DNA from: Myxococcota bacterium
GTDB lineage: Bacteria; Myxococcota_A; UBA9160; SZUA-336
Assembly: GCA_965247115.1 (NCBI GenBank)
Contig: CBDFGR010000002.1
Location: forward strand, 128,001 to 192,000
Direction: 5' to 3'
Length of the DNA stretch: 64,000 nucleotides
Shown: one piece after another, positions 62,612-64,000 of the stretch
Numbering within the stretch: the stretch's first letter is position 1
How the letters are laid out: the number at the start of each line of letters is the position of its first letter
Notes under the pieces: generated by a model
Told to the model about the DNA's origin: nothing
The model's database searches: none
What the model saw: only the letters and a program-made list of their open reading frames with translations
Position numbers and translations under genes: made by a program

Positions 62612-63468
62612 CGAGACGAGGGCTTCGCGGTCCCCGCCTCGCGCTCCTGGCCGGCCAGGTCGACGCCCTTCACCTCGACGAGCGGTCGGCCGCTGAAGCC
62701 GGCCCCGCGGTAACGCGCGAGGATCTCCGAGAAGATCGAGAGCGCGATCTCCTGCGGCGTTCTCGCCCCCACGTCCAGACCCGCCGGCGCGGAGACCCGC
62801 TTCAGCAGCTCGAGCTCGAAGCCGTCCTCGTGTAGGCGCTCGAACAGGAGCGCGCTGCGCTTGGGGCTCGCGACCAGGCCAACGTAGGCCGGACCCTGTC
62901 GCAGCACCCTCTCGAGCGCCTCGTAGTCACTCTTGTGCTGGGTTGTAATGACGACGTAGGTCTCCTCGTCCGCTTCTAGCTTGGCGTATTCCAGGTCCTC
63001 GGTGATACGAACGTGGGCGTGAGGGAACGCCTCCTCGCTCGCCAGTGCGTCGTTCACCGTAACGTGGAACTCGAGCAGCTGGCCGATCCTCGCAACGGTC
63101 TCGGCAATGGTCCCATGACCCACGACGAGGAGCTTCGGCTCTGGTGTCATGGGCTCCACGTAGACGCTCATGTAGCCGCCACACGGCATGCCCACACCGA
63201 GCACCTCGTCGTCCAGATCAAGCCGAATGACCCTCGGGTGGCGCTCCGCCAGCGCCTCGAGTGCAGCGTCCCGAACCGCGCTCTCCGCACAGCCCCCTCC
63301 GATCCAGCCATAGACCAGCCGCCCCTGCTCGTCGAAGAGAGCCTTCGATCCCGGACGCGCCGACGCACTTCCATCGATCGAGACGACCGTGGCCACCACG
63401 ACCTTCTCGCCGGCCGCGACGCGTTCCGCCAGCTGCTTGGTGAACTCTCTTGCCGAAGGTCCGCCCAT
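62608..63468 (-). CDS. XdhC/CoxI family molybdoenzyme maturation protein
   Basis: GWIGGGCAE, GMPCGG, YVGLVAS, PAGLDVGARTPQEIALSI. Confidence 0.9.
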   Translation of the reverse strand: MGGPSAREFTKQLAERVAAGEKVVVATVVSIDGSASARPGSKALFDEQGRLVYGWIGGGCAESAVRDAALEALAERHPRVIRLDLDDEVLGVGMPCGGYMSVYVEPMTPEPKLLVVGHGTIAETVARIGQLLEFHVTVNDALASEEAFPHAHVRITEDLEYAKLEADEETYVVITTQHKSDYEALERVLRQGPAYVGLVASPKRSALLFERLHEDGFELELLKRVSAPAGLDVGARTPQEIALSIFSEILARYRGAGFSGRPLVEVKGVDLAGQEREAGTAKPSSR

Positions 63469-63528
63469 GCGTTCTCCCTGGCCAGAGTCTACGTAGCGGG
63501 AGGCTCCGCGTAAACGCCGCAGCCGAGA

Positions 63529-63556
63529 TTGACAGGTGGAGAGCCCTCCCTACCAT
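63529..63556 (+). promoter_or_regulatory. Putative sigma70 promoter
   Basis: TTGACA 63529-63534, 16-bp spacer, TACCAT 63551-63556, upstream of ATG 63584. Confidence 0.55.
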
Positions 63557-63583
63557 CGGCCCTGCCCCGCTTGCCGAGGATCC

Positions 63584-64000
63584 ATGCCGATACACTCCGC
63601 GCCCCTGTCTGTCCGACTGGCCGCACTCACGGTCGGTGTCCTGGTCCTCGTGCTGCTGAGCTGGGCGGGCCGCCGGGCGCTGGCCCAGGAGGAGTCCCCG
63701 AGAGTCGGCAGAACGTTGCCCCGCTTCGAGGGCACGCTCTTGCACGGCGGGCGCGCCGGGACCGAGCTTCTGCAGTCGAAGCGCGGCGTGATCTTCGTCT
63801 TTGCGACGACGGATCGGCAGGTGGAGCGGATGGCCGCGATCATGGCAAGCCTCATCCCCGAGGCGAACGCGGCGAATGTCCAGCTCCTGGGCATCAGTCG
63901 CGACCGGCAGCCCGCGAGCGCCGTCCGCTTTGCCAGCACGCACGGGCTCGACTTCCCCATTCTGATCGATGCGGACGGGGGAATCGGCCGCAAGTTGAAG
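63584..64000 (+). CDS. Exported redoxin/AhpC-TSA-fold protein (3' truncated by window edge)
   Basis: Not in ORF track (no stop in window). Signal/TM N-terminus, VGRTLPRFEG, LLGISRD, FASTHGLDFPILIDADG. Confidence 0.75.
   Translation, partial: MPIHSAPLSVRLAALTVGVLVLVLLSWAGRRALAQEESPRVGRTLPRFEGTLLHGGRAGTELLQSKRGVIFVFATTDRQVERMAAIMASLIPEANAANVQLLGISRDRQPASAVRFASTHGLDFPILIDADGGIGRKLK

Overview
High-GC bacterial chromosome segment. The gene repertoire (giant TPR protein, TPR-Ser/Thr kinase, extra Hsp70/J-domain pair, NtrY/NtrX-like system) suggests Myxococcota or a related deltaproteobacterial lineage (inference). Positions 1-1475 hold a SAM methyltransferase and an HgcAB-like corrinoid/transmembrane/ferredoxin fusion. 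Positions ~1505-14003 are two genomic islands integrated in tandem at tRNA-Gly(GCC) (14004-14079, minus strand), marked by two displaced copies of the tRNA 3' end. The distal island carries a cobalt-type nitrile hydratase operon bracketed by 125-bp direct repeats of a ChaB-like gene, an intact IS256 element and an integrase remnant. The proximal island is a decayed prophage-like element: tyrosine integrase, two DNA methyltransferases, a HigBA-like toxin-antitoxin pair, an MmeI-like fragment, and a DUF3800 gene split by a transposase-free 1.08-kb cargo insert and followed by a structured RNA candidate. The rest is mostly core genome: pgsA, nadB, gmhB, gmd, pur genes, cdsA, dut, pnp, rpsO, truB, rbfA, infB, nusA, rimP, pyrDK, rimI, lpxC, ruvCAB, yebC, thiolase/OB-fold pair, sufU-like and xdhC-like genes. 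All protein calls come from motif recognition by eye; no database searches were run.
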